A stretch of 62,443 nt of DNA, filler included, from Sphacelaria rigidula (lineage: Eukaryota), in NCBI GenBank assembly GCA_964200075.2. It is 11 parts of 11 records of this genome, joined end to end, with 100 filler letters (N's around TTAATTAATTAA, not from the genome) between each part and the next. Parts side by side here need not be neighbours in the genome. Positions count along the whole stretch, not along the records: positions 34,117 to 39,702 come from CAXNAA020026092.1; positions 39,803 to 45,388 come from CAXNAA020026093.1; positions 45,489 to 51,073 come from CAXNAA020026094.1; 8 more parts are not named here. The stretch is one strand, 5' to 3'. Within the stretch, counting starts at the first letter, position 1. Each line of letters begins with the position of its first letter. The translations under genes were made by a program, and so were the position numbers. Of the stretch, positions 36,661 to 49,941 are shown piece by piece. The notes beneath the pieces are model-generated. The model was not told where the DNA came from, did no database searches, and was given only the letters and a program-made list of their open reading frames with translations.

Positions 36661-39600
36661 ATATCTCAGTCTCAGTCTCCATTCTCACAATCTCGTCGCT
36701 ATTTTTTTTCTCTCGATTTTTAGCCGGTGCCTTGCTAAGAATTGGACAAAAGTCGACGGGCTACGGTAATGCTGGCCCAATGCACTGTAGCAGATTGCCA
36801 GGCAGGTACTGGAGGAGAGATGCATCGATCCCTTGAGATTGCGGGGTCGTTTCGGTAAAGGAGCGCGAGGGGGTGGGAGGGCGTGGGGGGGGAGGTGAAG
36901 CATAAGGATACAAAGGGGAAAGACAAAAAAACAAGTATATTTTCCGCCTTTAGTTAGTGCGTGTTTTCACAAATAGTTGACCTTCTTCAAGTGATGAAAG
37001 AAACAGCGTTGTTTCATATCTGTTCCTTGTGTTTTGTGGGCAATAAAATTGTTGTTCACCTCCAACGATCGCACCGTTCGCACGATCCACCGGGAGTTCT
37101 GTTATATATGGCGTTTTGAGGGGATTTTATTTACAAATGGTGTCATCCTCAACTGAACTCACGTTTCTGCCAGTCCATTCTTGGGCGATTTACTATCGTT
37201 GTGCTTGGCCGCTAAACACTGTTGTCCTGAATAATTCTGGTGTATTTGATCGATTGATTGATTGATTGATTGATCATTACATATTTATTTTTACATCAGA
37301 TTTCACCACTTGAAAGGTGCGGAAATTTCCGACTTGATTCGAGTGTGAACTTCGGAGTCCGGATCTTTAATGGGGGCCGTGCTCCTGGCGTGCGCAGACT
37401 GCGTTTGCGTCCAAATCGGCGGCGTCGATATGAGGTCTCCCAACGCACATTTTGCCTAGGGAACTCTTTGCACCCCCCTTGCCCGAGGGTCCTCGGTATG
37501 CCTCCGTTGGGATGAGGGTGAGGGTGAGGGTTAGAGTTGTTCAAAATGATACATTTCCGAGAAAGTTCCATACCTACCAAGTGGTAAACTAACCTCCATT
37601 TTTACTGATCTGCTACGATTCCAGTCGTCATCACAAGACAGGGCGTACGTTCGGCTAATTTTTTTCTGCACATTTTTGCGATCCTTCCACACGTCGTACA
37701 CCTAGCTCATGAGCTACCCCCCAAATATTACTTCTTGTTAGTACACTGATCCAGATCATGGGGTTGCTCATTCGGCCCCTTTTCCCCCGTATTTTTTCCC
37801 TACAGCGCTGCACGCCGAGCACGCGGGGTAGGGTAAAGGTAGCGCTTTGACTTCTCGGACCCCGCCGTCACGTGTCGTGTATTCTTGGACATAAGATCTG
37901 GGAGTGGTCCTCTTCGATTCGTTATTTTATGTTGCTCATGGGCTGTCCGTCGTGTGCATCCCCTATGCGCGCTTTCTTTTTTTTTCATCACCAACATAGG
38001 TGTCATTATGAAAGTTATCCAAATACAGAGGTGGTGTACGACACTGCTTCGCATAAAATTCTTCTCCTCAAGTCTGCTATAATATCTAGAATGAGCACGC
38101 AGGTAACGACCAAAAATTATTTTTCGATATCATGTGAGCGACCAGTCGACATAGTGATAGCTCAGCTGAAATAGCTGCGCGATCTTTGCCGTTAACTTTC
38201 GCGGGACGTTTTTTTTTTTTCAACATTTTTTTTTGTGCTCACATATCCCCACGGTGTCTTCAGGTGTCAGAGCTTGGACCGGTGTACCAGGAATCACGCG
38301 CTTTCAGGACCCTTTTGTTTGTAGACGACGAAGAGGGGGGTGGCAGAGACTCCAGGTGAACAAAACAAACTTAAAATTGATAATTTCCCTTTTCTTTTTC
38401 TTTTTTCGTGGCTTTTCATTGTCGTGAAACTCCAGTTGGAAGATGGATCGCTTCTCGCTTTTTGTATTGTTCTCGTCATTATACGGTATTCTTGTAGATA
38501 TCGCAGCGATCCGGGAGGCATTCGGACCCCGGTCCTTGTGGTCGCGACGAAGGTCCAAGCGAGTAGATTTTATCCCTTGGTGTTTCAGCCAATAGGGAAA
38601 AGGTATTTTCGTTGTCCAGACTCTTGAGGCAACTTCGTTTACGCCTCTTTATGGGTAGTCTTTACATTTACACATGCCTCCGTGTCAAAGGGTGTTCGCG
38701 CAGGGTATTGCATCGGTACAGGATGTCCACACTTCGGATATCCTAGTATACCCGCGTATTTGTTTCACGCGATATCACTAGGTACCGTACTCTGGAGTAC
38801 TCAGGGCCTTTCGGCACTTGATGCTCCAGGTACGCCACAGCACTCGGCACTGCATATAGATACCTTAGAACGCAGAAAATTTACCGAGGTTAGAGTACTG
38901 CGCTCCAGGTTATCCTGGCTGGCTTCTCGGTGTGTTTGCAGTACCACGTACCCCAATGTGCACCGGGGACCGACTACCGGGTACAAGAGGGTATCTGGGG
39001 TAGCAAGTACCAAAGCGTACTTAGGGTACCGAGTATTCCAGAGTACCTGAAACACTGAGCTGTGGTCGTGCCATACCCTGCGCTAGGCACGTTTGAAACC
39101 TAAGCCCAGTTACGGCACTCTGCGGTGACAGTCTACGCTTGGTTTTCATGCCTCGTACTGGATGCGTACATAGCTGATAATACATATATACATTCCATAG
39201 CGTTTGTCGATACATTTTCAGTTCTCTTTTTCCTCTTCGTCCTTCATCCAACCCCTTTTTTTTCACCCTCTCTTTCTTTCGTACGCGTGACACAGGTCGT
39301 TCTTGACGGAGGCGTGCATGGCTCATCTACGTCCGTCCAGCGTGTGGCACTATCTATTTTCCAGAGCACCCGACGAGCTCAGTTCTCCCAATGTGGTGAG
39401 TGCACGACTCAATTAACCCTTTTGGGACTGGGCCTCCAGAACGACCAATGAGCCTGGTTAGGAATGACGTGTCCTGCATATGCATGAAACAGTGGCTTCA
39501 TGTTGCTAAAAATTAGCGTATGTATGTAACGGCAAGATCGGATTAAGACCGAAAGTTACATAAAATCTGTTTTCCGGTGTAGGTACCAACTGTTTGTACT

Positions 39601-39802
39601 ATAATTCGGGTGTTGTGCGCGTCAGGTTATGTACAGATGTATCAAGCAGTATGAGTCGCGGTGGAGAGCAATAAACAGGATGTGGCAACCGCCGCGCGCC
39701 ACNNNNNNNNNNNNNNNNNNNNNNNNNNNNNNNNNNNNNNNNNNNNTTAATTAATTAANNNNNNNNNNNNNNNNNNNNNNNNNNNNNNNNNNNNNNNNNN
39801 NN

Positions 39803-41039
39803 CCCAGGAAAAACATATGCTTAGCTATACATGTTTACCTTGGATGAGCTACGCTCGATAGCTCATCCAAGGTAAACATGTATAGCTCTTGTAGCTCACC
39901 CGGGGAAAACATGAGCGGATGAGCTACGCCCGGTAGCTCACCCCAGGGACACATGGTCGTGGCTCACTCACATCATATGCCTAGCTCGACGCTGGCCAAC
40001 TCCGTGTCGCTTATGATGTAACATTCTTGTTCCAACGGATGGCGCCACATGTCATTAGGTTGAGATGTTTTGCCTCACTCTTCGCGATAGGAAGAAGAGA
40101 AGCCAACACATATCCTCGTTCGCTTGGTCGGCTGGTTAAAAAAAGTATAAATATTCAGTGTCTACAATAATCGACCGATTCATTTCTTTTGACCGGTTGG
40201 CCGCGAGGGTACGAGTCCATCTGGCCGTGCATACGTTATTCAAGTGAAATTGGAGCCGATTCAACGAATGACTAATATGACATGCTCTGCTCGCCATGCT
40301 CGCCGTCAAAGGGTTAGCCCTTTGACCGCGAGGGTTGGCGATCTTAAAAATGAGCATGATTCATTTTATTTCCGGGTGTGAATGATGCCGATTCAGAGAC
40401 CTCCTACCCTCGTGGTCAAAGGGATGCGCACTCGTAGCTCTCATCATTCACATAGCTCTCATAGCTCATCCAGAGCAAACATGTGTAACTCATGCACCCC
40501 TCATAGCTCATCCAGGGCAAATATGTGTAGCTCATGCATCTCTCATAGCTCATCCGCGGCAAACATGTGTAGCTCATGCACCTCTCATAGCTCATCCAGG
40601 GTTAATATGAGCTGATGAGCTACGGGTTGGTATAGCTCATCCAGGACAAACACGCGTAGCTCATGCAGCTTCCATAGCTCACTCAGGACGAATCTGGGCT
40701 GATGAGCTACGGGTTGGTATAGCTCATCCAGGACAAACACGCGTAGCTCATGCAGCTTCCATAGCTCACTCAGGACGAATCTGAGCTGATGAGCTACGGG
40801 TTGGTAGCTCACCTATCGCAAACGTGCGTAGCTCATACAGCTCTCACAGCTCACCCCAGGAAAAACATGCGTAGCTCATGTAGCTCTTACAGCTCACTAG
40901 GGAGCTACGCTCAAAAAGAGCTAGCCCGAGCTATGGGGAGCTGATCTGTCTAACGTGTGAAAGGATTCAGATCCACGGCATTGTTTCCGACTGAAGCGCC
41001 GCTAGAGCTGCTGCCCCCGGCGGTCGCCATGCAAGGCGA

Positions 41040-41089
<50 letters not shown>

Positions 41090-41595
41090 GGCTACGATGC
41101 GGACGTCTTCTGATGCGGCCATGTTGATGTTTACAAAAGCAAACCCATCACTACACGAAACGGAACACAGGTGTGTGCACATCTCACCGTCGTCACGTAC
41201 GTACAATATCAACGTGCATGAGCATCGGAACAGAAACAACTGCAAGATCGGCGTAGCTCCCGCAGCTCTTTAGCTCAACCAGGGCAATCATGCGTACCTC
41301 ATGTAGCTCTCATAGCTCATCCAGGGCAAACATGTGCGGATGAGCTACGTCCGGTAGCCCACCCAGGACAAGCATGAGTAGCTCATGCAGCTCTCATAGC
41401 TCACCGAGGGCGAATATGAGCTGGTGAGCTACGGGTTAGTGGCTCGCCTATGGTCAACGTGTGTAGCTCATACAGCTCTCGTAGCTCATCCAGGGAAAAC
41501 TTGCTTAGCACACGTGGCTCTCATCGCTCACTAGGGATCTATGCTAAAAAAGAGCTAGCTCGAGCTACAGGGAGCTGATCTATTCGACGTGTGAA
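39803..41595 (-). repeat. Cluster of GAGCTA-subrepeat elements including an 87-bp tandem (40608-40806), a MITE (40318-40423) and (TG)n (41042-41088)
   Basis: Reverse complement of sequences in 4199-5470; tandem unit starts at 40608, 40695 and 40782. Confidence 0.85.
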
Positions 41596-42989
41596 ATAGT
41601 TGGTTTATCTCCAAGAAATAATGAAGGCCGCGCGCTTCCGATATCCTTCCTCTGCTCGGCGGACTTCCATCTCGATACTTTGTGCTTCTTCTCTGACAAC
41701 GTAGGACTTGGAACCTCTGGCACACATTGCAATCGGCAACCTGGAGACACAGCAAGTTGAACTGGTTCGAGAACTTGCCGAATATGGCTAAAGGCGGATC
41801 AGGCCAATGAATCAACAGAACACGAAAATGCCCGACATCCAGGAAAAGGGAGGGGGGAGGTAGCCAGAGGACCACACCAACGAATACGCGCTTCATTATT
41901 ACACAAAAACGCCCGATATGACACAGTATATACTATGGCCTACAGAGAGAGGCACCCGCAGCTCCTACCCTACTCCTATAACCCTTCCCCTCTAGCAGTC
42001 TACTGCACACGAAAAACAGTACGGTACAGTAGTGCTGTAGAAAATACGGGCGTTCCCCTGTGCCGTTGCTACACGGAGCGCCTGCTGAAATGAATGTCTC
42101 TCACGCCCTCGAGCATCAAACCATGCCCGATGGCTACAATTGCGTCCTCTTCCTTGGTACTTGTGTCTTTCTTTACGCTACAAAAACTAATCATGACAAC
42201 AGCAGAAAAAAACGTGCTGTGAATATCCCGTCAAGAAACGAAGCATATGGCAACTGCACTCTCGTGGTGGGGAATAGTCTCCGTCACCTTCACCATCAGT
42301 CAGACGATGGACGGTCCCGCTCCCCCCATTCATATCACCCCGCGACAGCGCACATCAAACAGGCACTACTGATGCCTCCAAACCCCAAATCACCCCCTAC
42401 GGCGATCTTCGCAAGTGGCACAAACTGCATGCACGCAGTACCCGTCGTCGCCCTCCGACTGACCGCTGCTCGCAAGTTAAACTAAGACAAAGCACACACA
42501 CGGACCCGTGCTCTCACATCTTCACGACACTCGGTCCTTGACCCTCTCCGTCCGGACGCACACCTTCCGGTCTCCCGTAACACCGACAATAACACTGACA
42601 CAGAAAACAGAGCACGTAGCCCAGCTGCTCCTTCCCCGTGACTCCCCTCCCGTCCCGCCTGGAAACGCCTAATCTAAAAATGAGGAGAAAAAAAGGACGC
42701 ATAATGGTGAAGATCCACGACATCTGTCGGATCTGCTAGCGATACCCGAACAACTACGCTGCACGCCTCGTGGTCTCTTGCCTCTCGCACCAGACCCAAT
42801 CCAAGAACAAACACAAGATCACCTTACACGGGCCCGTCTCTCGCTCTACGCGCCCCCTCCAACTGCGCGCTCGCTACCCTCCCTCCCCTCCTGTCAACGA
42901 TCCAACCCCAACCCGCCCACACCATGGAGGTGAGGAGAGCGGCAGCAACGACGGGGTCATGCGTGTACGACAGTAGTACTCGGGTATTT

Positions 42990-43100
42990 TCACTGCACCG
43001 TGTCCATGACATCGGCTGGTGCAGCCGGCTTCGAGGAAGACCCGCCTCCGGCCTCCGGGGGTCGTTCTGCATCCGCGCCTCCTGCCCCTTCTTCCTGTTG
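42990..43100 (-). CDS. Probable terminal exon of the same protein
   Basis: CTGAC branch-like site, CCCAG acceptor and phase-0 join; QQEEGAGGADAERPPEAGGG...DTVQ*. Confidence 0.5.
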   Translation of the reverse strand, partial: QQEEGAGGADAERPPEAGGGSSSKPAAPADVMDTVQ

Positions 43101-43722
43101 CTGGGAGGTGTTCAGTCAGCAGAGGACAGATGAAGGAGAATAAGGGGGTAGGGGGGGGTGTACTCCACGATCTTGCATGCTATAGTCACATGATCATTGA
43201 CCTCGCATCCCTACGAAGCCGGAACGGGGCACGCCGGGTTTTCGCCGGGTCAGGCTCGCGGTCAATAACCAAGCGCGAATCACCGTCATGTGTTTGGCGA
43301 GTCGCATGAAGAGTGAGATGCATCCTGCCAAGATCGTTCGGCCCGAAGGGTACTGATCATCTTGCATTTGAATGACAGCCTCCGATGATTTGCATTATTT
43401 TCTGGTATCGCCACTTCCACGGGCAACCACGGCTTACACACAGCCCCATGGGTGTCTCACCATCTCAACACTACATATGACCCATCATTCCCTTTGCGCG
43501 GAGTTGAGGTTCTCCCACCGGGCACAATATGATCTAGCTCGACCATCATCATTATTACCGCAAAAAATACGCACGCACACAAAATCGTTAACCTGATTGC
43601 CCAGCTTATCCAATGAGTGGCGTGTTTTACAGCGTCCTTACCAACCAATGCCAACCTTATAGGGGGTCCGTCCCTACAAAGCCAGGGCGGAGCACGCCAG
43701 GTTTTCGCCAGACCAGGCTTAA

Positions 43723-43820
43723 CCCTTAGACCACGAGATTAGTCTTTCTAGATCATGCATACTTTTTTTCACTCGAAATTGATGCCGATTCAACAGAAGA
43801 CCAACCTCGCGGTCTAAGGG
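43723..43820. mobile_element. 98-bp piggyBac-like MITE
   Basis: TTAA|CCCTTAGACCACGAG ... CTCGCGGTCTAAGGG|TTTA. Confidence 0.7.
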
Positions 43821-44498
43821 TTTAGGGGGTAGGGGGGGGGCGCACAACAATTCGATACAGGTGCGCAGGCACAGGCCGCGTGATAGTGGGAAGGGGACGC
43901 CAATTTCACACCCTGTGTACCGCCTGACGCTCGAAAAAGTCGAGCACAGTCAACGTGCGTGCGCCACTCGCAACAAGACGATGGGAACGCAAAACAAGAC
44001 GATATCAATAAATTTCTGCGTGTGCATCGATGGAAGCGGGGCAGAAGCAAACCCAGTATATGCGGAAAATGCCTGTACCGTACACGTACAGTTTGCCCAA
44101 ACGAAAAATCGAGGACATATATCTCTCTGAAGCAAGTACATGTACCAGACTGCATATGCAGCATCTAGGAAATGAAAACAGTTTCAAGCAAACAGTCGGC
44201 AGACTTCCGCCGCAGAGGAGCAGTGAGTGAAGATATATACTATTTATAATGTTCTGCATTGCACTCTTCGGTATACTGACTGTACTGCAGTTCTTTCAGA
44301 AGCGGCAGTTGGGGCATTTTGTCCGACGTGTCCGTAAAGGCTGGGGCCTGGGGTGTCACATCAAAACAAAACTCAATCGAAAAAAAGCGGCGGGAAATAT
44401 TTTTTTCCGATCTCATACGTTCACATCATTCATGTTCATATGTGCCTTCAAATATTGTTTTCAATTCTTCATGCGCGACCGGAAGGCAGGAAATGGAA

Positions 44499-44860
44499 AG
44501 CTCCCTGTAGCTCGAGCTAGCCATTTTTTTATCGTAGCTCCCTACTGAGATGAAAGAGATACATAACCTACGCATGTTTGCCCTGCGTGAGTTATGAGAA
44601 CTACGTGAGCCACGTATGTTTTCCTTGAGTGAACTATCGAGCGTAGTTCATTAGAGCATGCTTGCCCTGTATGAGCTATTAGAGCTACATGAACTACGCA
44701 TGTTTGTCCCGGGTGAGCCACCAATCCGTAGCTCATCACCTCATGTTTACTCTGCGTGAGCTATCCAGCGTAGCTCATATGTACATGTTCGACTACGAGT
44801 GAGCTACAGCCCATAGATGGGCTAGCTCACGAGCTCTCCGACCTGTGCGACTATCCGTTA
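44499..44860 (+). repeat. Short GAGCTA-family element
   Basis: Starts AGCTCCCTGTAGCTCGAGCTAG, as do the 4199 and 41595 ends. Confidence 0.7.
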
Positions 44861-44895
44861 CACAGCTGAAAAGATGAAACCACAAAACCACCCAC

Positions 44896-45216
44896 CTCTG
44901 GCAAATCCGCCTCTTCCCCCCCCGCCGTCGCCCCCGCAGCCATCGCCCCGCCCCCCCCGCCGCCCTCACCCAACTTTCCACCCGCACCCAGCCCTATCCC
45001 TATTCCCACCCCGTCATCGAGGGAGGGAGGAAGCAACATTCCCGAACCCGCGTCCTCGAGCAAGCTGCCCATGGTGCTGGTGCCGCCGCCTCCGAGGCTG
45101 GACGAAGATACCCCACGACCTCCTCCGTTGCGCACGACAAAATCATGCTCCATGCAGCTCATCCTCAGCACCATCGAGCGCAGTTCCCTCCGGTACGCTT
45201 CACCCATCTCCAGCAT
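44896..45216 (-). CDS. Probable exon of an unknown Gly-rich protein
   Basis: 321 bp open, AAG acceptor, GTGGGT donor; MLEMGEAYRRELRSMVLRMSCMEHDF... Confidence 0.55.
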
Positions 45217-46349
45217 CTTTTAGTGGTATGAGGGTGTTTGGGGGTGTTTGGGGAGAAAGGAATACTCATTTGCTGCTTGCCTTAGGCGTCTGACCATTGT
45301 TCGGGGGGGGGGGGGGCGGACCTAATTGGTGCTTGGCTTAACGATTTCAACATGGCCACGGCAACCCTTCTGAGCAGGCGGAATGTCGNNNNNNNNNNNN
45401 NNNNNNNNNNNNNNNNNNNNNNNNNNNNNNNNTTAATTAATTAANNNNNNNNNNNNNNNNNNNNNNNNNNNNNNNNNNNNNNNNNNNNGCAAAAAAAAAA
45501 TCCGTACCCCCCCCCCCCCCCCCTCGTCAGGCAAAAAAGAAAAAGAAGAATATATCCAAACGAAATGGGTGTTTCGGAGCCTTGTTGACGTCAGTAGATG
45601 AGGAAGACGTTGTCCAAACGATTCATGTGTGCCGTCTGTGCGTTGGCGCCTCTCTACCGACTCTTGTATTGTTGTTTGCAGGTGTGTGCTGCTGCATTTG
45701 TCCTTCCTTGTGATCCAAGTGATAACTCTTTTTTTACAAGTACAAAAAATCAAAATCTTGGTCTTGGTTTTTAGCAAGGATCCACACCTCTGCATAGATC
45801 GAGGTGTCAACCAGTCAGCAGGCACATTATTGCAAGCAGGTGCTAGTAGGGCCTTGGAGTTGAAATCTGGCACGGCACTTAAGTCGAACCGTCGGGATAG
45901 TGCTACGGATAGGGGTCATTCCCCTAGTTGTGCACCAATCTCGAGCGATCGTTTATGTGGAAATAAACAGTCGAGTGCACAGGGACACCACCGAGTTGTA
46001 TCAACAGTTGAACCTACGGCAGGAGCTGGGTTTATGGATAACCCGATGTGATTGTACAGTCACATGGTACAGAGCACCCAGTAGAGACAGAAAGCATCCA
46101 GGGTGAAGCAAGAGATCTGCCAGTTCAAGATACGAAGCAAAAGTATTTCTCGATAGCCATCTAGACCGGGGCAGCAAAAACACCATCTGCTGCTCTTCTT
46201 TCACTTGCTGTCTTTGACTCTGATCAATGATTCCGTACCCTATTCAACGTCAGGTTAGGGTTAGCGTACTTGGTGTGTATAGGAATGAGTGCTGACTTGA
46301 TATATATACAGAAAAGAAAATATTATGAGTGACCCCCTCCCCCCTCAGA

Positions 46350-46397
46350 GTGGTCAATGGTCAAATGACTAAGGCAAGCAACAAATGAGTACGCCCC
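46350..46397 (+). mobile_element. 5'-truncated C-tailed retroposon with 11-bp TSD
   Basis: CCCCCCTCAGA at 46339-46349 and 46398-46408. Confidence 0.8.
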
Positions 46398-47682
46398 CCC
46401 CCCTCAGAAGGTCGAAAATAAAAAATGGGAGTGTGGGTCCAGGATTTTTTTTGGTGCCCTCCTGCCTTATCCAAAAAATGAATCCAACCATCCAACCGTC
46501 AATCAACCATTTTGCTGAAAAAACTCCATATTGTCTTCCCCTTCATTGTCTTCCCCTTGTCCAAAAATATATATTATCCAACCGTCCACCCTCCAACAAT
46601 CTTTGAATTGTTTTGTCTTTCCCTTGTCTAGCTTGACAAAAAAATTGATGGGGTATGAGAAATCGATTAATTAAACAATTAATTAATTAATGATTGCTTA
46701 GCCCATTTTGCAGGGGAAAACAAGTGTCGGATTTTTTCTAGAAGTCCTCGCCGTCGCTGGGGCGTGATGCTAGATGATCCCAGGCCTTCGTAAAGGCCTT
46801 CTTATCGTATTTTACCACCCATTCTAACGTTTTCTAGGGTAGTCATCACCAAAGACATCAGGCGCCGCCATGGGGCCTAGGATATCCTTGGGCACCCTTG
46901 TTTTTCCTGGGGAATGGGCAACTCTATCTCCATCGCCATTGTGTACCGGTGGCCCAACGACACTTCTGCGCCCCGTTCACGTTCTTGGGGGGGTTCCCAT
47001 CGTGGTTGTGGAGGGTGATGGGCGTTCAAACGCGAAGAGCATAAATTCTCAAAATATTTATCGAAAAAATCTTGAAATCCCAACAAAATTTTCACTTTTT
47101 AACCCACTAATTCTCAGTATTTTCGGCTCAGCTTGTTTTTTTTTTTCTTAGCCAGCATCAGCACATCAAAAGCTTTAAAAAAACCCCAACTGTAGCATCG
47201 TGGGCAACTCCGTTGGCGATATACCATCTACCTCCCATAACAGACTCCACTTATGGCACAGAGGAAGTATTTCGATCTTGGTATGATGATGACTGCAGGA
47301 AATAATTCGGAATCTCTTCCTCGTGTGGTGGAAGACCTCACTACGCGTGCACTCACGAGGACCCTAAAGACCCAGTTCTGTTGAACTAGTCGTATATTTT
47401 CGTCGCCCTGGTCAGGGCAGGGAATCAAGCGACTGCTTGTGATGTGGCGAGGCGGCCTGAGTATATCGTGACCTCAACAGCGAAGACGCTAATCTCTTGT
47501 TGTGATTCACGTGCACCTGGCGTTGTCATGAAGCTATTTCGTTGGGCATGTCTATTTGCAACGGGTTTCTCCCAGTTTAGCGTCCCACCGTACGCACCAC
47601 CAGGAAGAGAATTTTGTCCCCAATGAACGTGAAATCGTTCCGCCTTCCTTCCTGTGGCCTTCCTTCACAATGCCCCCTACAG

Positions 47683-47731
47683 TTTTTTTACAAGAGTGGA
47701 TTCGGCTGAAGATTGGACGGCGTGGTGACGA
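47683..47731 (+). CDS. Small exon upstream of the long terminal exon
   Basis: CCCCCTACAG acceptor, GTGAGT donor; FLQEWIRLKIGRRGD joins in frame to E-YWEKH. Confidence 0.6.
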
Positions 47732-47993
47732 GTGAGTGCATTCGGGAAAAATTCGGAGTCTGCTTCCCGTGTGTGTAACCCTCTATCTCGGATCTCCCCT
47801 TGCCGCATTTGCTTCTCTATTCCTACTCATGCAATTCCTACTCCTTGAGTTGAGATCATATCATATACCTCGATGTTTAGCGGGATCCTGATTTGAATGA
47901 TTTCGAGAGGAAAATTTGATTTGATTGAATGTTTTCTGTCCTGCACCTGCTGTATGCTCTTCCGTTAACTCTAAACTTGACTGAACTCAACAG

Positions 47994-49941
47994 GTATTGG
48001 GAAAAGCACCAAGCGGTGCCAGACAATACAAGCGTTATTATTCTGAAATTCAATACCCAGGCGAATGCGGTCCAACCAGTAGCACCAGCGGTCGCTGCAC
48101 CATCGTCAAAAACGACAGCAGCAGCCGCGACATCATCGGGTGTTGCAGCGGTCCCGGGAATCGAAATGTCACAGGTGCAGGCAGCGGTTGGGGCGGGGCA
48201 TTCATCGCAGACTCAGACCTCGGCAGCGGCGAAGCACGTATCGGCAGAGCTCGCGCACGTGGGAACGTCTGCTTCAATCGAATTGCCGGAGATTCGCGCT
48301 GCACCAGCGGGAACTGCGCAAACGACGATTGAAGCGCCGCCTCAGGTGCCGGCTGCGATGGTGGAGACTTCGGAGGGTCGAGAGCCGTCTGCTGGAGTCG
48401 ACGCACCGCGGGTCATGCAGGAGGTAGTGGGCGTTCAAGCTCCGGCTGTCGTCGCGGTACCGCAGGTGCAGACTGCTGCTGCTGCAAGAGCAGAGCCCGT
48501 GTCGGTAGACCCTGTGGATAGTGTTGTTGCCTCAGGAGCGGTCGAAACGTCGGCACTTGGGACGGTGGTGGCAGCGCCAGAAGGTGTCAGGGAGCAAGGA
48601 GCAGTCGGAATGCCCCAGGTGCAAACTGCTGCTGCTGCTGTTTGTGCTGCGGCTGCTGATGCGGCTGCCGGTGCTAGTGCAGAGCCAATGTCGGAAGAGC
48701 GCATGGCCGCTTTTGTCGCTCAAGGAGAAGTAGGGAAGCCGGGGCTTGAAACGGTCGGAAGGCAGCCACTGGACGTTACGGCACAAGGGGCAGTCGACAT
48801 GCCGCAGGTACAGACCGTTGCTGCTACTCCCGCTGGTGCTAGTGCAGAGCCCTCGTCGGAAGAGTCCTTGAATGCTGTTGCCCGAGGGGCAGTCGAAACG
48901 CCGGGGCTCGAGACGGTGGCAACAGCGCTAGTGGGCGTTGAGGCGCAAAGCGAACTAGACATGCCGCAGGTACAAAATGCTGCTGCTGCTGCTGCTGTTT
49001 CTGCTGGTGGTGCAGAATCCTCGTCGGCAGAGCTCGTGGGCGATCTTATTTCTGTAGGGGCAGTCAACGCGCCGGATCTGAAAACTGTGGCGACGGAGCC
49101 AGTGGGCGTCAAGACGCAAGGGGTAATTGAAGTGCCGCAGGTCCAGGGTGTGGCAGCCCAGCAACAGGAGCTCGATGTCGGGGTTGGGATTCAGGTACCA
49201 CAGGTGCGAACTGCGGCGGCCGAATCTTCAGCAGAGGTGCCGCAACAGTCCCACCCTGATGCAGCAGAGCCAACGGATGGTACAGCGCAGACAGAGGTCC
49301 GAGTGGCACGGGTGCAAAGGACGGCAGTAGAGGCAGCGGAGGTTGACGCACCGTCTGCAATCGAGGTTGGGTTGCCGAGCTCCGCAGCCGAGAGTTCATG
49401 TGTCGAGGTACCTGCCTCCATCGACGTGCCGCAGCTTCAAACTGCGGCCGTCGAGACTTCGGAGGTCAGAGCGGCAGGTGTGACGCCTCCCCCGAATGCT
49501 GTGACTGCGGCAGCAAAGCCAGTGGACATCGAGACCCAAGAGGCAGTCGACTTGGCTTCAAATCAGACTGCGCCAATTGAGACTTCGGAGGACAAAGAAA
49601 CTGCAGCGATCGAAGTCCCCCAAGTACAACAGACCGCAGTGGGAGAGACTTCGGAGGTTGAGGTCCCACCTGCGGTACACGTATCGCAGATCCAGCAGGC
49701 TGCTCCAGCGAAGATGCCAGAGGCTCTTGAAGCGCAAGCTGGGGTCGAAGCGCCGCAGGCACTTACAACAGCAGCTGAGACTGTAGGCGTTGAAGTACGA
49801 GGTGCTATCGACATGCAGCAAACCCAGACCGCAGCACCCGTGACTGTAGACTTCAAAGCGCAAGCAAGCATCGAAGCACCGCCCGTACAGGCCGCAGCGG
49901 TAGAGGCAACGGAGACACAGGTTCAAGCACAGGCAGCATAG
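47994..49941 (+). CDS. Long terminal exon encoding an Ala/Val/Glu/Gln-rich repetitive tail
   Basis: 1.95-kb open frame after a CAACAG acceptor, with recurring PQVQTAA, ETSEV and GAVET motifs. Confidence 0.8.

Noticed and set aside
40440..40920. CRISPR-like repeat array
   Set aside because: Degenerate tandem subunits without unique spacers, no cas genes, eukaryotic context.
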